Source of the DNA: Prevotella sp.
GTDB taxonomy: Bacteria; Bacteroidota; Bacteroidia; Bacteroidales; Bacteroidaceae
Direction of reading: 5' to 3'
Length of the DNA stretch: 64,000 nt
NCBI GenBank assembly: GCA_041855685.1
Contig: JBHAEQ010000035.1
Location: 63,151 to 127,150, forward strand
The number at the start of each line of letters is the position of its first letter. The stretch's first letter is position 1. The position numbers and the translations under genes are program-made. The notes below the pieces were generated by a model. That model saw only the letters and a program-made list of their open reading frames with translations. It had not been told where the DNA came from and made no database searches. Shown in pieces: positions 1 through 10,157 of this stretch.

Positions 1-846
1 GTTGCCGGTGTAGCTGTTATAGCCTATTCCACCGTTTACTGCATCGCGCATGTTGTACTTGAACTGGAAGTCGAAAGCCGCACTTCGTTTTTCAGTGTAG
101 TTTATCCAAGTTTTTATGGCATCGTTGCTGTCCCAGTATTCACCAATAGAATATTGAACGCCTGCATAGTCGTTGTAATCACGAATGCGTGAAGCATAGA
201 ATCCTTTCACCATGTCATAGCGGAAACCTGTGTAGCCAATATCTTCAAGCAGATACTTCAAGTAAGCCTTAACAATCTTCTGTACATTTTCTGATTTATG
301 GTCCAAATCACGCATTCCTGACCAGTCTTCACCTTCGTCATTGTTCTGCGAAAGTTGATAACCGTTTTGGTCTGCCCATGCCTTTGCCTTACCGCCATCA
401 TCGTTGGCACAGATGTCAGTGCTCTGCATCTGATAAGTCACGCCCTTGTAGGTTTCGGCAGGAAAATCAACCCAGTTTGATGCGTTCTTGCGATGGTTTA
501 TCACAACATCGCCGATAACGCCCGTACCTTTGCTCTTAAGAGTTTTAATCATAGAACGTAGTTCAGCCTCGGTTCCGAATGCGGAATTTTGGTTGAAATA
601 ATAGAGGGGATCATATCCCATAGAAGAGTAACCGCCTGTAAAACCTGACTGTGGAACCCAAATAAGAGAGAAATATCTGCTTAGTTCGTCAGCCTGTTTT
701 TCAAAAGTTGCCCATTGAGTATCATCAAATGAATCCCAATGAAATGCCTGAAGCATGACTCCTCCATAATTGGTAGGCCATCCGTTGGCAAAAGTAGATA
801 AAGGCATAAGTAGTGCAAATGCCAAGGATAAAAGTAGTTTTTTCAT
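1..846 (-). CDS. GH13 alpha-amylase, secreted; partial, runs off the window start
   Basis: Manual translation from ATG at 846: MKKLLLSLAFALLMPLSTFANGWPTNYGGVMLQAFHWDSF, with GH13 regions ADVVINH, GFRYDMVKGF and GEYWD in frame. Absent from the ORF track because the stop lies outside the window. Confidence 0.9.
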   Translation of the reverse strand, partial: MKKLLLSLAFALLMPLSTFANGWPTNYGGVMLQAFHWDSFDDTQWATFEKQADELSRYFSLIWVPQSGFTGGYSSMGYDPLYYFNQNSAFGTEAELRSMIKTLKSKGTGVIGDVVINHRKNASNWVDFPAETYKGVTYQMQSTDICANDDGGKAKAWADQNGYQLSQNNDEGEDWSGMRDLDHKSENVQKIVKAYLKYLLEDIGYTGFRYDMVKGFYASRIRDYNDYAGVQYSIGEYWDSNDAIKTWINYTEKRSAAFDFQFKYNMRDAVNGGIGYNSYTGN

Positions 847-894
847 AATTTTCTTTTTGTTATTTCGTTTTATGTCGGTTGTGATTTTATTTGA

Positions 895-902
895 CAAAGG
901 TA
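895..902 (-). promoter_or_regulatory. Bacteroidetes -7 promoter box (TACCTTTG) for the amylase gene
   Basis: Matches the TAnnTTTG consensus about 50 nt upstream of the ATG. Confidence 0.6.
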
Positions 903-986
903 ATATAAAAAAACAAATAACTATAATTTAATCAGTTGATTTAATAAAAAGTATATGCAAACGTTGCCATTTTCACTCTTTTTAGC

Positions 987-994
987 TAACTTTG
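987..994 (+). promoter_or_regulatory. -7 promoter box (TAACTTTG) for purL
   Basis: Consensus TAnnTTTG followed by CA, 28 nt upstream of the purL ATG. Confidence 0.7.
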
Positions 995-1022
995 CAATCA
1001 AACATATTCACATTATCACACA

Positions 1023-4000
1023 ATGATAACATTCTTCAAAACCCCAAGCAACAGTATTATTGCTACTCAAGTTGACCACAAACTTGAGAATGAGGAGACT
1101 AACAAACTTTGTTGGCTCTATGGAGGTGCCTCCCTTATTGAGAAAGAGTATTTGGATGGTTGCTATGTAGGCCCACGCCGTGAAATGATTACTCCTTGGA
1201 GTACAAATGCCGTTGAGATTACGCAGAATATGCATCTTAGCGGCATTTTGCGTATAGAGGAATATTTCCCTGTAAGTTCAAAAGATGCAGATTATGACTC
1301 TATGCTCCAACGAATGTATGAGGGTCTTGACCAAGGGATTTTCACTGTTGATATTAAACCGGAGCCTATCAAGCACATTGAGAATCTGGAAGAATACAAC
1401 GAACAGGAGGGATTGGCTCTGTCTGCAGATGAAATAGAATACCTGCATACGGTGGAGAAAGACTTGTGCAGGCCGCTTACTGATTCGGAAGTGTTTGGTT
1501 TTGCACAGATAAACTCTGAGCATTGTCGTCACAAAATATTTGGTGGCACATTCATCATTGATGGTGAGGAGAAAGAAAGTTCGCTCTTCCAGATGATAAA
1601 GAAAACCACTGCCGAAAACAAGAATAAGATTCTCTCCGCTTATAAAGATAATGTGGCATTTGCTGAAGGTCCTGTTATTGAACAGTTTGCACCGGCAGAC
1701 CATTCAAAGCCTGATTATTTTAAGACTAAGGAGGTAAAGAGTGTTATCTCACTTAAGGCTGAGACACATAACTTCCCTACAACTGTTGAACCGTTCAATG
1801 GTGCTTCAACAGGTACTGGCGGTGAAATTCGCGACCGTATGGGAGGTGGAGTCGGCTCATGGCCATTGGCAGGAACTGCTGTGTATATGACTTCATATCC
1901 CCGCAAGGAAGGCGATGTTCAGCCATGGGAGAATATGCTGCCGGTAAGAGAATGGTTGTATCAGACTCCAGAGCAGATACTAATAAAAGCCTCTAATGGT
2001 GCTTCTGACTTCGGTAATAAGTTCGGTCAGCCTCTTATCTGCGGTTCTGTATTGACTTTCGAACATCAAGAGAAAGATGAGAAATATGCCTACGATAAGG
2101 TTATAATGCTTGCAGGAGGTGTAGGTTATGGTACGGAACGCGACTGTCTGAAAGGTAAACCGCAACAAGGAAACAAGATTGTTGTAATGGGTGGTGAGAA
2201 CTACCGCATAGGTCTTGGTGGTGGTTCGGTATCGTCTGTAGAAACAGGAAGATACTCTTCCGGCATAGAACTTAATGCTGTGCAGAGAGCTAATCCTGAA
2301 ATGCAGAAACGTGCATACAATGTTATTAGAGCATTGTGTGAAGAAGACGAAAATCCTATTGTCAGCATACACGACCATGGAAGTGCCGGACATGTTAACT
2401 GCTTGTCGGAGCTTGTAGAGGAATGCGGCGGTCTTATAAAGATGGATAGGCTGCCCATTGGTGATAAAACGCTTTCTGCAAAGGAAATTATTGCAAATGA
2501 GAGTCAGGAACGTATGGGACTGCTCATTGATGAAAAAGCCATTGAGCGTGTGCAGCAGATTGCCGACCGCGAGCGTGCACCTATGTACACCGTTGGTGAA
2601 ACCACTGGTGATGCTCGTTTTGCTTTTGAACAGGCTGATGGTGTTCGTCCGTTTGACCTTGCCGTGGAACAGATGTTCGGTTCTTCGCCAAAGACTGTGA
2701 TGGTTGACAAGACCGTGGAAAGGAAATATGAAGTTGCAATATACAAAGAGAGCGAGATTGATACGTATCTGAAGAATGTACTTCGACTGGAGGCTGTGGC
2801 TTGTAAGGACTGGTTGACTAATAAGGTTGACCGCTCGGTATCAGGTCGTGTAGCTCGTCAGCAATGTCAGGGTGAACTACAACTGCCATTAAGTGACTGT
2901 GGTGCTGTGGCTCTGGATTATAGAGGACGCAAAGGTATAGCAACTGCTATCGGACATGCTCCTCAAGCAGCCCTTGCCGACCCTGCAGCCGGCAGTGTGC
3001 TGGCAGTAGCCGAATCATTGACTAACCTTGTTTGGGCGCCTATGGCAGACGGTATGGACAGCATATCACTATCAGCAAACTGGATGTGGCCATGCCGTGC
3101 TCAAGAAGGTGAAGATGCTCGTCTGTATGAAGCGGTAAAAGCATTGTCAGACTTCTGCTGCGCCTTACAGATAAATGTTCCTACAGGTAAGGACTCTCTG
3201 TCAATGACACAGAAATATCCTAATGGCGAGAAGATTATTTCTCCGGGAACAGTAATCGTTTCATCGGGTGGTGAGGTAAATGATGTTCGTAAGATTGTAT
3301 CTCCGGTAATGAAGAACGTTACTAACAGCCGTTTCTATCATATTGACTTCTCGTTTGATGAATTGCAATTAGGAGGCTCTGCATTTGCTCAGACGCAGGG
3401 CAAGGTGGGAAGCGATGTTCCTACAGTTAAGAATCCTGAATATTTCCGCGATGCCTTCATGGCAGTTCAGGAATTGATAAAAGAAGGACTTGTTCTTGCC
3501 GGACATGATATATCGGCTGGTGGACTTGTTACAACCTTGCTTGAAATGGCATTTGCCAATACAAAGGGAGGCATAAAGGTAAGCCTTGATAAAATTCAGG
3601 GTACTGATATTGTTAAGGCTTTGTTTGCAGAAAATCCCGGAGTTGTAATACAGGTCAGTGACGAGAACAGTGCCCGAGTTAAGAAAATACTCGAAGATGC
3701 CGGTGTGGCATATATTAAAATAGGTGTACCACAGGGACAGAGAGTATTGACAGTAGAAAAGGAACATCGTACTTTCGACTTCAATATTGACGACATGCGC
3801 AAAGTGTGGTATGAGTCTTCATACCGTATGGACCGCCGTCAGAGTTTCAATGGCAAGGCTAAAGAACGACGTGATAATTTTGGTAAACAGCCGGTGGAAC
3901 TTGTTTTCAGTGAACAGTTTACTGGTCGTCTTAGTCAGTATGGTCTTGACCCTGACCGCAAAACAGCAAGTGGTATTCGTGCTGCTGTTATTCGTGAGAA

Positions 4001-4751
4001 GGGCACAAACTCAGAGAGAGAAATGGCATACGCATTCTGGCTTGCAGGATTTGATGTGAAAGACGTTACGATGACCGACCTTATTACTGGTCGTGAGACT
4101 CTGGAAGATGTCAATGTGATTGCTTTCTGCGGCGGTTTCTCAAATTCCGATGTACTTGGTTCTGCTAAGGGTTGGGCGGGAGCATTCCTGTTTAATCCAA
4201 AGGCAAAGGTTGCTATCGATAATTTCTATGCCCGCAAGGATACATTGTCATTGGGTGTTTGCAACGGTTGTCAGTTGATGGTTGAACTTGGACTGCTTAA
4301 TCATACTGGTGCAGTGAGCGACTCCCGCGACTATGCACAGATGCTTCATAATGACTCGCATAAGTTTGAATCAACATTCATAAGCCTTGCTATTCCTCAT
4401 AACAACAGTGTTATGCTCGGAACACTCGGCGGTTTCAAGATAGGCTGCTGGGTTGCTCATGGTGAGGGTAAGTTCCGCCTGCCGCTGGACGAGCAGGAAT
4501 ACAATATTGTTGCAAAATACAATCAGAAAGAATATCCCGGCAATCCAAACGGTTCTGACTATAATGTTGCAGCAGTATGCAGTAAGGACGGTCGTCATTT
4601 GGCAATCATGCCTCATCCCGAACGTACATTCTTCCCTTGGCAGAGTGCTTTCTATCCACAAAGCAGAGTTGCCCATGACGAGGTTACACCTTGGATAGAG
4701 ATGTTCGTAAATGCTCGTATCTGGGTAGAGAAACAAATGAAAAACCAATGA
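1023..4751 (+). CDS. purL: Phosphoribosylformylglycinamidine synthase (large fused type)
   Basis: 1242 aa; motifs QINSEHCRHKIF, KAETHNFPT, IHDHGSAG, glutaminase GGFSNSD, GVCNGCQ and MPHPER. Confidence 0.98.
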   Translation: MITFFKTPSNSIIATQVDHKLENEETNKLCWLYGGASLIEKEYLDGCYVGPRREMITPWSTNAVEITQNMHLSGILRIEEYFPVSSKDADYDSMLQRMYEGLDQGIFTVDIKPEPIKHIENLEEYNEQEGLALSADEIEYLHTVEKDLCRPLTDSEVFGFAQINSEHCRHKIFGGTFIIDGEEKESSLFQMIKKTTAENKNKILSAYKDNVAFAEGPVIEQFAPADHSKPDYFKTKEVKSVISLKAETHNFPTTVEPFNGASTGTGGEIRDRMGGGVGSWPLAGTAVYMTSYPRKEGDVQPWENMLPVREWLYQTPEQILIKASNGASDFGNKFGQPLICGSVLTFEHQEKDEKYAYDKVIMLAGGVGYGTERDCLKGKPQQGNKIVVMGGENYRIGLGGGSVSSVETGRYSSGIELNAVQRANPEMQKRAYNVIRALCEEDENPIVSIHDHGSAGHVNCLSELVEECGGLIKMDRLPIGDKTLSAKEIIANESQERMGLLIDEKAIERVQQIADRERAPMYTVGETTGDARFAFEQADGVRPFDLAVEQMFGSSPKTVMVDKTVERKYEVAIYKESEIDTYLKNVLRLEAVACKDWLTNKVDRSVSGRVARQQCQGELQLPLSDCGAVALDYRGRKGIATAIGHAPQAALADPAAGSVLAVAESLTNLVWAPMADGMDSISLSANWMWPCRAQEGEDARLYEAVKALSDFCCALQINVPTGKDSLSMTQKYPNGEKIISPGTVIVSSGGEVNDVRKIVSPVMKNVTNSRFYHIDFSFDELQLGGSAFAQTQGKVGSDVPTVKNPEYFRDAFMAVQELIKEGLVLAGHDISAGGLVTTLLEMAFANTKGGIKVSLDKIQGTDIVKALFAENPGVVIQVSDENSARVKKILEDAGVAYIKIGVPQGQRVLTVEKEHRTFDFNIDDMRKVWYESSYRMDRRQSFNGKAKERRDNFGKQPVELVFSEQFTGRLSQYGLDPDRKTASGIRAAVIREKGTNSEREMAYAFWLAGFDVKDVTMTDLITGRETLEDVNVIAFCGGFSNSDVLGSAKGWAGAFLFNPKAKVAIDNFYARKDTLSLGVCNGCQLMVELGLLNHTGAVSDSRDYAQMLHNDSHKFESTFISLAIPHNNSVMLGTLGGFKIGCWVAHGEGKFRLPLDEQEYNIVAKYNQKEYPGNPNGSDYNVAAVCSKDGRHLAIMPHPERTFFPWQSAFYPQSRVAHDEVTPWIEMFVNARIWVEKQMKNQ

Positions 4752-5278
4752 TTTGGATTTTATTTAAGACATTCTTCAAAATAGGCATAGTCACTTTTGG
4801 TGGTGGCTATGCCATGATTCCTTTGATAGAAGCCGAAGTGGTAGATAAACATAAATGGATAGAGAAAGAACAATTTCTTGATTTGATAGCCATTGCACAG
4901 ACTTGTCCTGGTGTTTTTGCAATAAACATAAGTACATTCGTGGGTTTCAAGCTAAGGAAAACAACAGGTGCTGTTATTTCTTCAATAGGAACAGCTCTTC
5001 CTTCTTTTCTGATTATTCTACTCATAGCAATGGTGTTCAGGCAGTTTCAGGATATTCCTTGGGTGGAAGCGTGTTTCAAAGGCATACGTCCGGCTGTGGT
5101 TGCACTTATAGCCGTACCAACGTTTAATCTGGCTAAGAGTGCAGGTATAAACATTTATACGTGCTGGATTCCTATTGTTAGTGCATTGCTGATATGGCTT
5201 GTAGGAGTAAATCCTATATTAATAATTATAGTGGCTGCTCTTGGAGGTTATCTATATGGCTCTTTCATGAAATCATAA
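4748..5278 (+). CDS. chrA: Chromate transporter family, short-chain ChrA subunit 1
   Basis: TFGGGYAMIP and AQTCPG motifs; the probable start ATG at 4748 overlaps the purL stop. Confidence 0.88.
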   Translation: MIWILFKTFFKIGIVTFGGGYAMIPLIEAEVVDKHKWIEKEQFLDLIAIAQTCPGVFAINISTFVGFKLRKTTGAVISSIGTALPSFLIILLIAMVFRQFQDIPWVEACFKGIRPAVVALIAVPTFNLAKSAGINIYTCWIPIVSALLIWLVGVNPILIIIVAALGGYLYGSFMKS

Positions 5279-5314
5279 ACAAGGGAAAGGTGATTCTCCT
5301 TTCAATACTACGAT

Positions 5315-5890
5315 ATGATATTTCTAAGTCTTTTTATAACATTTTTCCAGATAGGTCTTTTCGGATTCGGCGGAGGATATGGCATGTTGTCGCTTATTCA
5401 AACAGAGGTGGTGGTGAGGCACAGCTGGCTTACAACGGCTGAATTTACGAATATAGTGGCAATAAGTCAAATGACCCCTGGACCTGTAGGAATAAACTCG
5501 GCAACCTATTGCGGATATGTAGCTGTGCATAATGCCGGATATAGTAACGCTATTGCTATGCTTGGCTCTCTTACAGCTACATTTGCCTTAATGCTGCCAT
5601 CTTTGATTCTGATGATTCTTATATCAAAGATGTTTCTTAAATACATGAATGCACCTGTTGTTACTAATGCTTTCATGGGGTTGCGTCCTGCGGTAGTTGG
5701 TTTATTGGCTGCGGCAACACTATTGTTGATGAATCGTGAGAATTTCTCACTACCGTCAATTAACATGTGGCAATTCTGCATAAGCGTAGGACTATTTGCT
5801 GCAACATTCGTAGGAACAAAGTATGTAAAGGTGAACCCTATAGCTATGATAGGTCTTTCTGCATTTGCAGGATTGATGCTTCTTTATTAA
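5315..5890 (+). CDS. chrA: Chromate transporter family, short-chain ChrA subunit 2
   Basis: FGFGGGYGM and SQMTPGPVGINSATY motifs; paired with the upstream paralog. Confidence 0.88.
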   Translation: MIFLSLFITFFQIGLFGFGGGYGMLSLIQTEVVVRHSWLTTAEFTNIVAISQMTPGPVGINSATYCGYVAVHNAGYSNAIAMLGSLTATFALMLPSLILMILISKMFLKYMNAPVVTNAFMGLRPAVVGLLAAATLLLMNRENFSLPSINMWQFCISVGLFAATFVGTKYVKVNPIAMIGLSAFAGLMLLY

Positions 5891-5898
5891 AATTATTC

Positions 5899-6420
5899 AT
5901 GCTTATGAGAAAGAAAAGTAGAGAGATGGATGCCGCTTTCGCTTTTGAGGTGCTTGACCGTGCTCCTTTCGTAACGGTAAGTTTTACAATGCCCGACGGA
6001 TCTGCTTATGGATTGCCGCTTTCGCTTGCACGTACTGACGAGCAGACTTTTTATTTCCATTGTGCTTTAGAGGGTGACAAACTTGATGCCATTGCCCGTA
6101 ATCCGCATGTATGCCTGTCGGCTGTAACAAAATGCAAACCCACAGTCGGACCTAAAGACAACTCTTTCACAATGGAATACAAATCAGCTGTGGCATTCGG
6201 TGAAGCCGAGTTGGTAACCACCGAGGAGGAAAAGATTAAGGGACTTCGCGCTATATGCCAGCGTTTCCTGCCCCATCACATGCCGGCATTTGATGAGGCT
6301 GTGGCACGTAGTCTTGACAGAACGGCAGTTGTTAGAATAACATTAATACAATCGCCGACAGGTAAACGTAAACAGTACGACCGTGGAGGTAATGAGATGA
6401 AATATGGAAGAATGGAGTAG
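5899..6420 (+). CDS. Pyridoxamine 5'-phosphate oxidase-like / Nim-family flavin-binding protein
   Basis: FYFHCALEGDKLD, YKSAVAFG and C-terminal TGK motifs; real start probably ATG 5899 or 5905. Confidence 0.75.
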   Translation: MLMRKKSREMDAAFAFEVLDRAPFVTVSFTMPDGSAYGLPLSLARTDEQTFYFHCALEGDKLDAIARNPHVCLSAVTKCKPTVGPKDNSFTMEYKSAVAFGEAELVTTEEEKIKGLRAICQRFLPHHMPAFDEAVARSLDRTAVVRITLIQSPTGKRKQYDRGGNEMKYGRME

Positions 6421-6510
6421 TGACTTTACTGCCACGCCTATGACAGCAGTACTGTTACAACTATGGTGGTCACCTTATGGTTAGTTGTCAGGTTTCTTAT
6501 AAAACTTAGG

Positions 6511-7179
6511 TTATGGTATTGTTATTGACTTGGTTTTTAATCCGTCGTAGGTATAGATATTGATGTTTATGACATCGCCCGTTAGGAATAAGTTCCTGTC
6601 AATAGGAATGCTGAGATAAGCCGTAGAGGAATAATGTTCCGGCACACCGTTTTGGCTGTGGTATAATGTAAGGCTGTATTTGCTGTTGTTTGTTGTGTCG
6701 CCACTATTCTTTTTTAGCATGATTCCTAATTTGTGCATGCTGTTTTGACTATCATCGGCTGCACCAACTTTCAACTTCAACCCAAGGTTGATATATTTGC
6801 CGTTTTCGCTTATCCATATGCTATTCCATATTACAGGATCTTGCTTCTGCATAGTAAGTAGTGGTGTCTGTTGCGGAATGCACACATAAACAGGATTTAC
6901 ATTTCTGAGGAGTGTAGTGTTTGTTCCTTTGTCGTCATAATAGACAAGCGCTCTGTATATAGTATCTGCCTTTAATCCATTTATTGCTACAGGTCTTTCC
7001 AATGTAAGTTCCCTGTCATCATCAGTGATGAAAGCCACAGCTTTTGATTCGTTATTTGTGCGGAGCATTGCAAAATCAGAGGTGAGATAAGAATATTCAC
7101 CATCCCCCTGATTGTATGTGTCGTTTGTACATGTTGCAAAAAGAATTGCGGATAGTATCAGGCTTAAATACTTTCTCAT
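6511..7179 (-). CDS. NigD-like lipoprotein
   Basis: Lipobox FATC; RALVYY, DPVIWNSIW and YINLGL segments resemble the NigD-like protein at 9411. Confidence 0.65.
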   Translation of the reverse strand: MRKYLSLILSAILFATCTNDTYNQGDGEYSYLTSDFAMLRTNNESKAVAFITDDDRELTLERPVAINGLKADTIYRALVYYDDKGTNTTLLRNVNPVYVCIPQQTPLLTMQKQDPVIWNSIWISENGKYINLGLKLKVGAADDSQNSMHKLGIMLKKNSGDTTNNSKYSLTLYHSQNGVPEHYSSTAYLSIPIDRNLFLTGDVININIYTYDGLKTKSITIP

Positions 7180-7193
7180 AAGTATGACATTAT

Positions 7194-8357
7194 TTATTTG
7201 GTTGCCTCGAGATAGTTTCTAAGCGGGTTGGCATACATGTTCAGCATCTTCTCCATTAAGAAAGCATTGTCCTTATTAGGAATGTCAATCTTTTCGAGTT
7301 GTCCTTTCAGATATTTTTCAAATTTAGCTTTGTCTTCAATTGTGTAGTGGCTTACAAAATCAAGAGTTCCGTTAAGAGTATCCAAAGCTATGTAGTTATT
7401 AGGATAGAGTTTGTAATTGCTGTGTATGGCTTTGTCTATACGTCGTGCTACTTCAGGATAAAGTTCCTGAGCTTGCATACCGTCTAATCCTTCTAACCAC
7501 AAATTTATGCATGGCGCTGTTTCATAATGTATGTGTCCTTTGAATCCCATTATTCCTACCTTCATGTTTTCAAGGTCGTCCTGCCTGCTCTTTTTGTATG
7601 CAGGATTATCGCGTTTAAGTTGGAACTCCTTTGCTTTGAGATAGTCGCATGGGTCGTATTCGTAGCTTATAGTAAGTGGAACAATGTTTATTTCCTTCAG
7701 CGACTCAACGTGACTTCCGTCGCCGCCGTATGCCAGCATCTTCAGCACGCTTTCCTGAGTTCGGTCGTTAGAATCTTTAGCTCTTCCCTCACGTTGTGCA
7801 ATCCATACGTGCTCCTTCTTTTCGTTCACAGCAAAGTGTATGTACTCGCTCATTGTTATCGAACTTTTCATCATCTCCTTTGGAGTTAATGAGCGCCGCA
7901 CAACAAATGCCTTGTTCATCTTTACAAGCGTTTTAATCCAAGGATATATCAGCAGATTGTCGCCTATGGCAATCTCACATGTCGTAGGTGAACCTGCTTC
8001 AATGAGTTTAACGTCCAGAATAGCAGAGTCTAAAACGATGTCTCTATGATTGCTTAAAAATATGTATCGCTTATCCCATGTATTGTGTGGGTCGTTGTGG
8101 AAAGTACAGCCTGTGGAGCATTTCTTCAACATTATCTTCACTATAGGCATCATAAAGCGTATTTGGAAACTCAGAGGAGTTTTAATGCCTATAAAAGCAA
8201 GTTTAAGAAAACCTCTTCTCATGAAAGCAGGAAGCCATGGAGTAAAGGTTTTGAGTACATGCTTGAATTGTCGGTCGTCCATCAGTTTGTTGAACGCTTC
8301 CTGCATCTCGCCCTTTGTATAAGGACGTATATCATCAAAATCAGATAATTTAGCCAT
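7194..8357 (-). CDS. Glycerol-3-phosphate / 1-acylglycerol-3-phosphate acyltransferase (PlsB/PlsC superfamily)
   Basis: NHRDIVLD (HX4D) motif, then IAQREGRAKD and IVPLTISYEYDP. Confidence 0.88.
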   Translation of the reverse strand: MAKLSDFDDIRPYTKGEMQEAFNKLMDDRQFKHVLKTFTPWLPAFMRRGFLKLAFIGIKTPLSFQIRFMMPIVKIMLKKCSTGCTFHNDPHNTWDKRYIFLSNHRDIVLDSAILDVKLIEAGSPTTCEIAIGDNLLIYPWIKTLVKMNKAFVVRRSLTPKEMMKSSITMSEYIHFAVNEKKEHVWIAQREGRAKDSNDRTQESVLKMLAYGGDGSHVESLKEINIVPLTISYEYDPCDYLKAKEFQLKRDNPAYKKSRQDDLENMKVGIMGFKGHIHYETAPCINLWLEGLDGMQAQELYPEVARRIDKAIHSNYKLYPNNYIALDTLNGTLDFVSHYTIEDKAKFEKYLKGQLEKIDIPNKDNAFLMEKMLNMYANPLRNYLEATK

Positions 8358-8400
8358 AACGAAATAGTTTTGTATTATTACTGTTAACCACTGCTGTGGC

Positions 8401-9174
8401 TTATTCCTCTACTGTGGCAATGATTGTTTCAATGCCAAGTTCCTCAAGTTTGCGTATTATAGATGGTGACACATTACTGTCGGTTATAATCATGTCAATA
8501 TCGTCGATGTTGCCTATTTTGGCAAAACTTCTTCTTCCAAACTTTGACGAGTCAGCCAATACAATAGTTTTCTGTGCCGCTTGCATCATTTTTTGGTTAA
8601 GTTCAGCCTCGCGCATGTCGGTTGTTGATAGTCCATATTCAAAATCAATACCATCGACGCCCAGATAGAATTTAGTAAATGAGAATCCTGAAATTACTCT
8701 TTCTGCATATTGTCCTACAACCGACAGGCTGCTGTGTCTTAGCAACCCTCCCAACTGAATGATTTCTACGAAATTCTCGTGTGCTAATATGCCTGAAGCT
8801 TCGAGCGATGCAGACACAACGGTCAGCCTGTAGCTTGTATGAATGTTGCGGGCTAAAGCATGCACGGTGGTTCCTGATGCCAAGGCTATTGAATCCTCTT
8901 CGGTTATAAGACTGGCTGCAGCCTTGCCTATTGCCATCTTTTCGTTTGGAGCAAGCTTCTCTTTCTCGTTTACAGAGCGGTTGCTTGCAAAAGGATTTAT
9001 GCGCTTTGCACCGCCATGACTGCGATACAACTTACCCTCACGCTCAAGTTCTGTCAGGTCCTTGCGAATGGTTACCAGCGACACATCAAGCATTTGTGCT
9101 AAATCAGTGACTTGTATGAAATCAAACTTCACCAGCTGGTCAAGAATAAACTCATGCCTTCCTTCCTTTGTCAT
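8401..9174 (-). CDS. DeoR/GlpR family transcriptional regulator
   Basis: N-terminal HTH VSLVTIRKDLTELE, then RSHGGA, ASGTT and LADSSKFG; 257 aa. Confidence 0.93.
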   Translation of the reverse strand: MTKEGRHEFILDQLVKFDFIQVTDLAQMLDVSLVTIRKDLTELEREGKLYRSHGGAKRINPFASNRSVNEKEKLAPNEKMAIGKAAASLITEEDSIALASGTTVHALARNIHTSYRLTVVSASLEASGILAHENFVEIIQLGGLLRHSSLSVVGQYAERVISGFSFTKFYLGVDGIDFEYGLSTTDMREAELNQKMMQAAQKTIVLADSSKFGRRSFAKIGNIDDIDMIITDSNVSPSIIRKLEELGIETIIATVEE

Positions 9175-9410
9175 AGTGCTGTCCGCTTATATATTTCCCG
9201 CAAAAATAGTTCTTTTTATTTATATAATATAATATAAGGTGAAAATATAGGGAAAGTTAACACTCTTTCCACAGGCGTGGAAAGAGTCTGGTAATACCTG
9301 TGACAAAAGATGATTAGCGAAATTTAACACAACTTTTTGTTCTTTTTATGCAAGTTATTTAGATATTTGTACTTTATATAGGCAGTTAATCGAATATAAA
9401 TTGTAATGAC

Positions 9411-10151
9411 ATGAAAAGGTTAGATTTGTTTTTAGCGACATTCGGGCTTATAGCAACAGCTTTCTGCCTCCAGTCGTGTTTAGGTGATGATGACGAGAAG
9501 ATGATTGCCTATCCTAATGCTCTGGTTACGGTAAAACCAAATGCCGACAATACACATTTTTACATGCAGCTTGACGAGAACACTACTCTGATGCCTACTA
9601 ACATGAAAGCATCGCCATTCGGTACAAAGGAAGTCAGGGCACTTGTAAACTATTCAAAGTCAGCAAAAGATGCAGGGCATTACAGTCAGGCTGTTACAGT
9701 GAACTGGATTGACTCGATACTTACCAAGCGCATGGCACCAAATGCCAATGACGAGGAAAATGTAAAGCTCTACGGCAACGACCCTGTTGAGATTGTCAAC
9801 GACTGGGTCACTATAGCCGAAGACGGGTATCTTACTCTTCGTTTCCGTACCCGTTGGGGAGTAGGAGTTAAGCATGTGCTGAATCTTGTGCATAGGACCG
9901 ATGCCAATACACCGTATCTCGTGACGTTCTATCATAACGCTAAAGGCGATGTTGGAGGGAGGGTAGGTGATGCACTTGTTGCATTCAAACTCGATGACCT
10001 GCCCGACACACAGGGAAAAACGGTTGACCTTACGCTGCAATGGCAGTCGTTCTCCGGAGTGAAAACGACAACATTCAAATACTGTACGCGCAAGGCAACG
10101 CTGTCAAAGGCAATGCTCGTAAGCAAGGATGTAGAGAATAATATCGAATAG
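9411..10151 (+). CDS. NigD-like lipoprotein
   Basis: Lipobox LQSC followed by LGDDDE; RALVNY, GNDPV and YLTLRF; first gene before the ECF sigma. Confidence 0.8.
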   Translation: MKRLDLFLATFGLIATAFCLQSCLGDDDEKMIAYPNALVTVKPNADNTHFYMQLDENTTLMPTNMKASPFGTKEVRALVNYSKSAKDAGHYSQAVTVNWIDSILTKRMAPNANDEENVKLYGNDPVEIVNDWVTIAEDGYLTLRFRTRWGVGVKHVLNLVHRTDANTPYLVTFYHNAKGDVGGRVGDALVAFKLDDLPDTQGKTVDLTLQWQSFSGVKTTTFKYCTRKATLSKAMLVSKDVENNIE

Positions 10152-10157
10152 TAGAAA

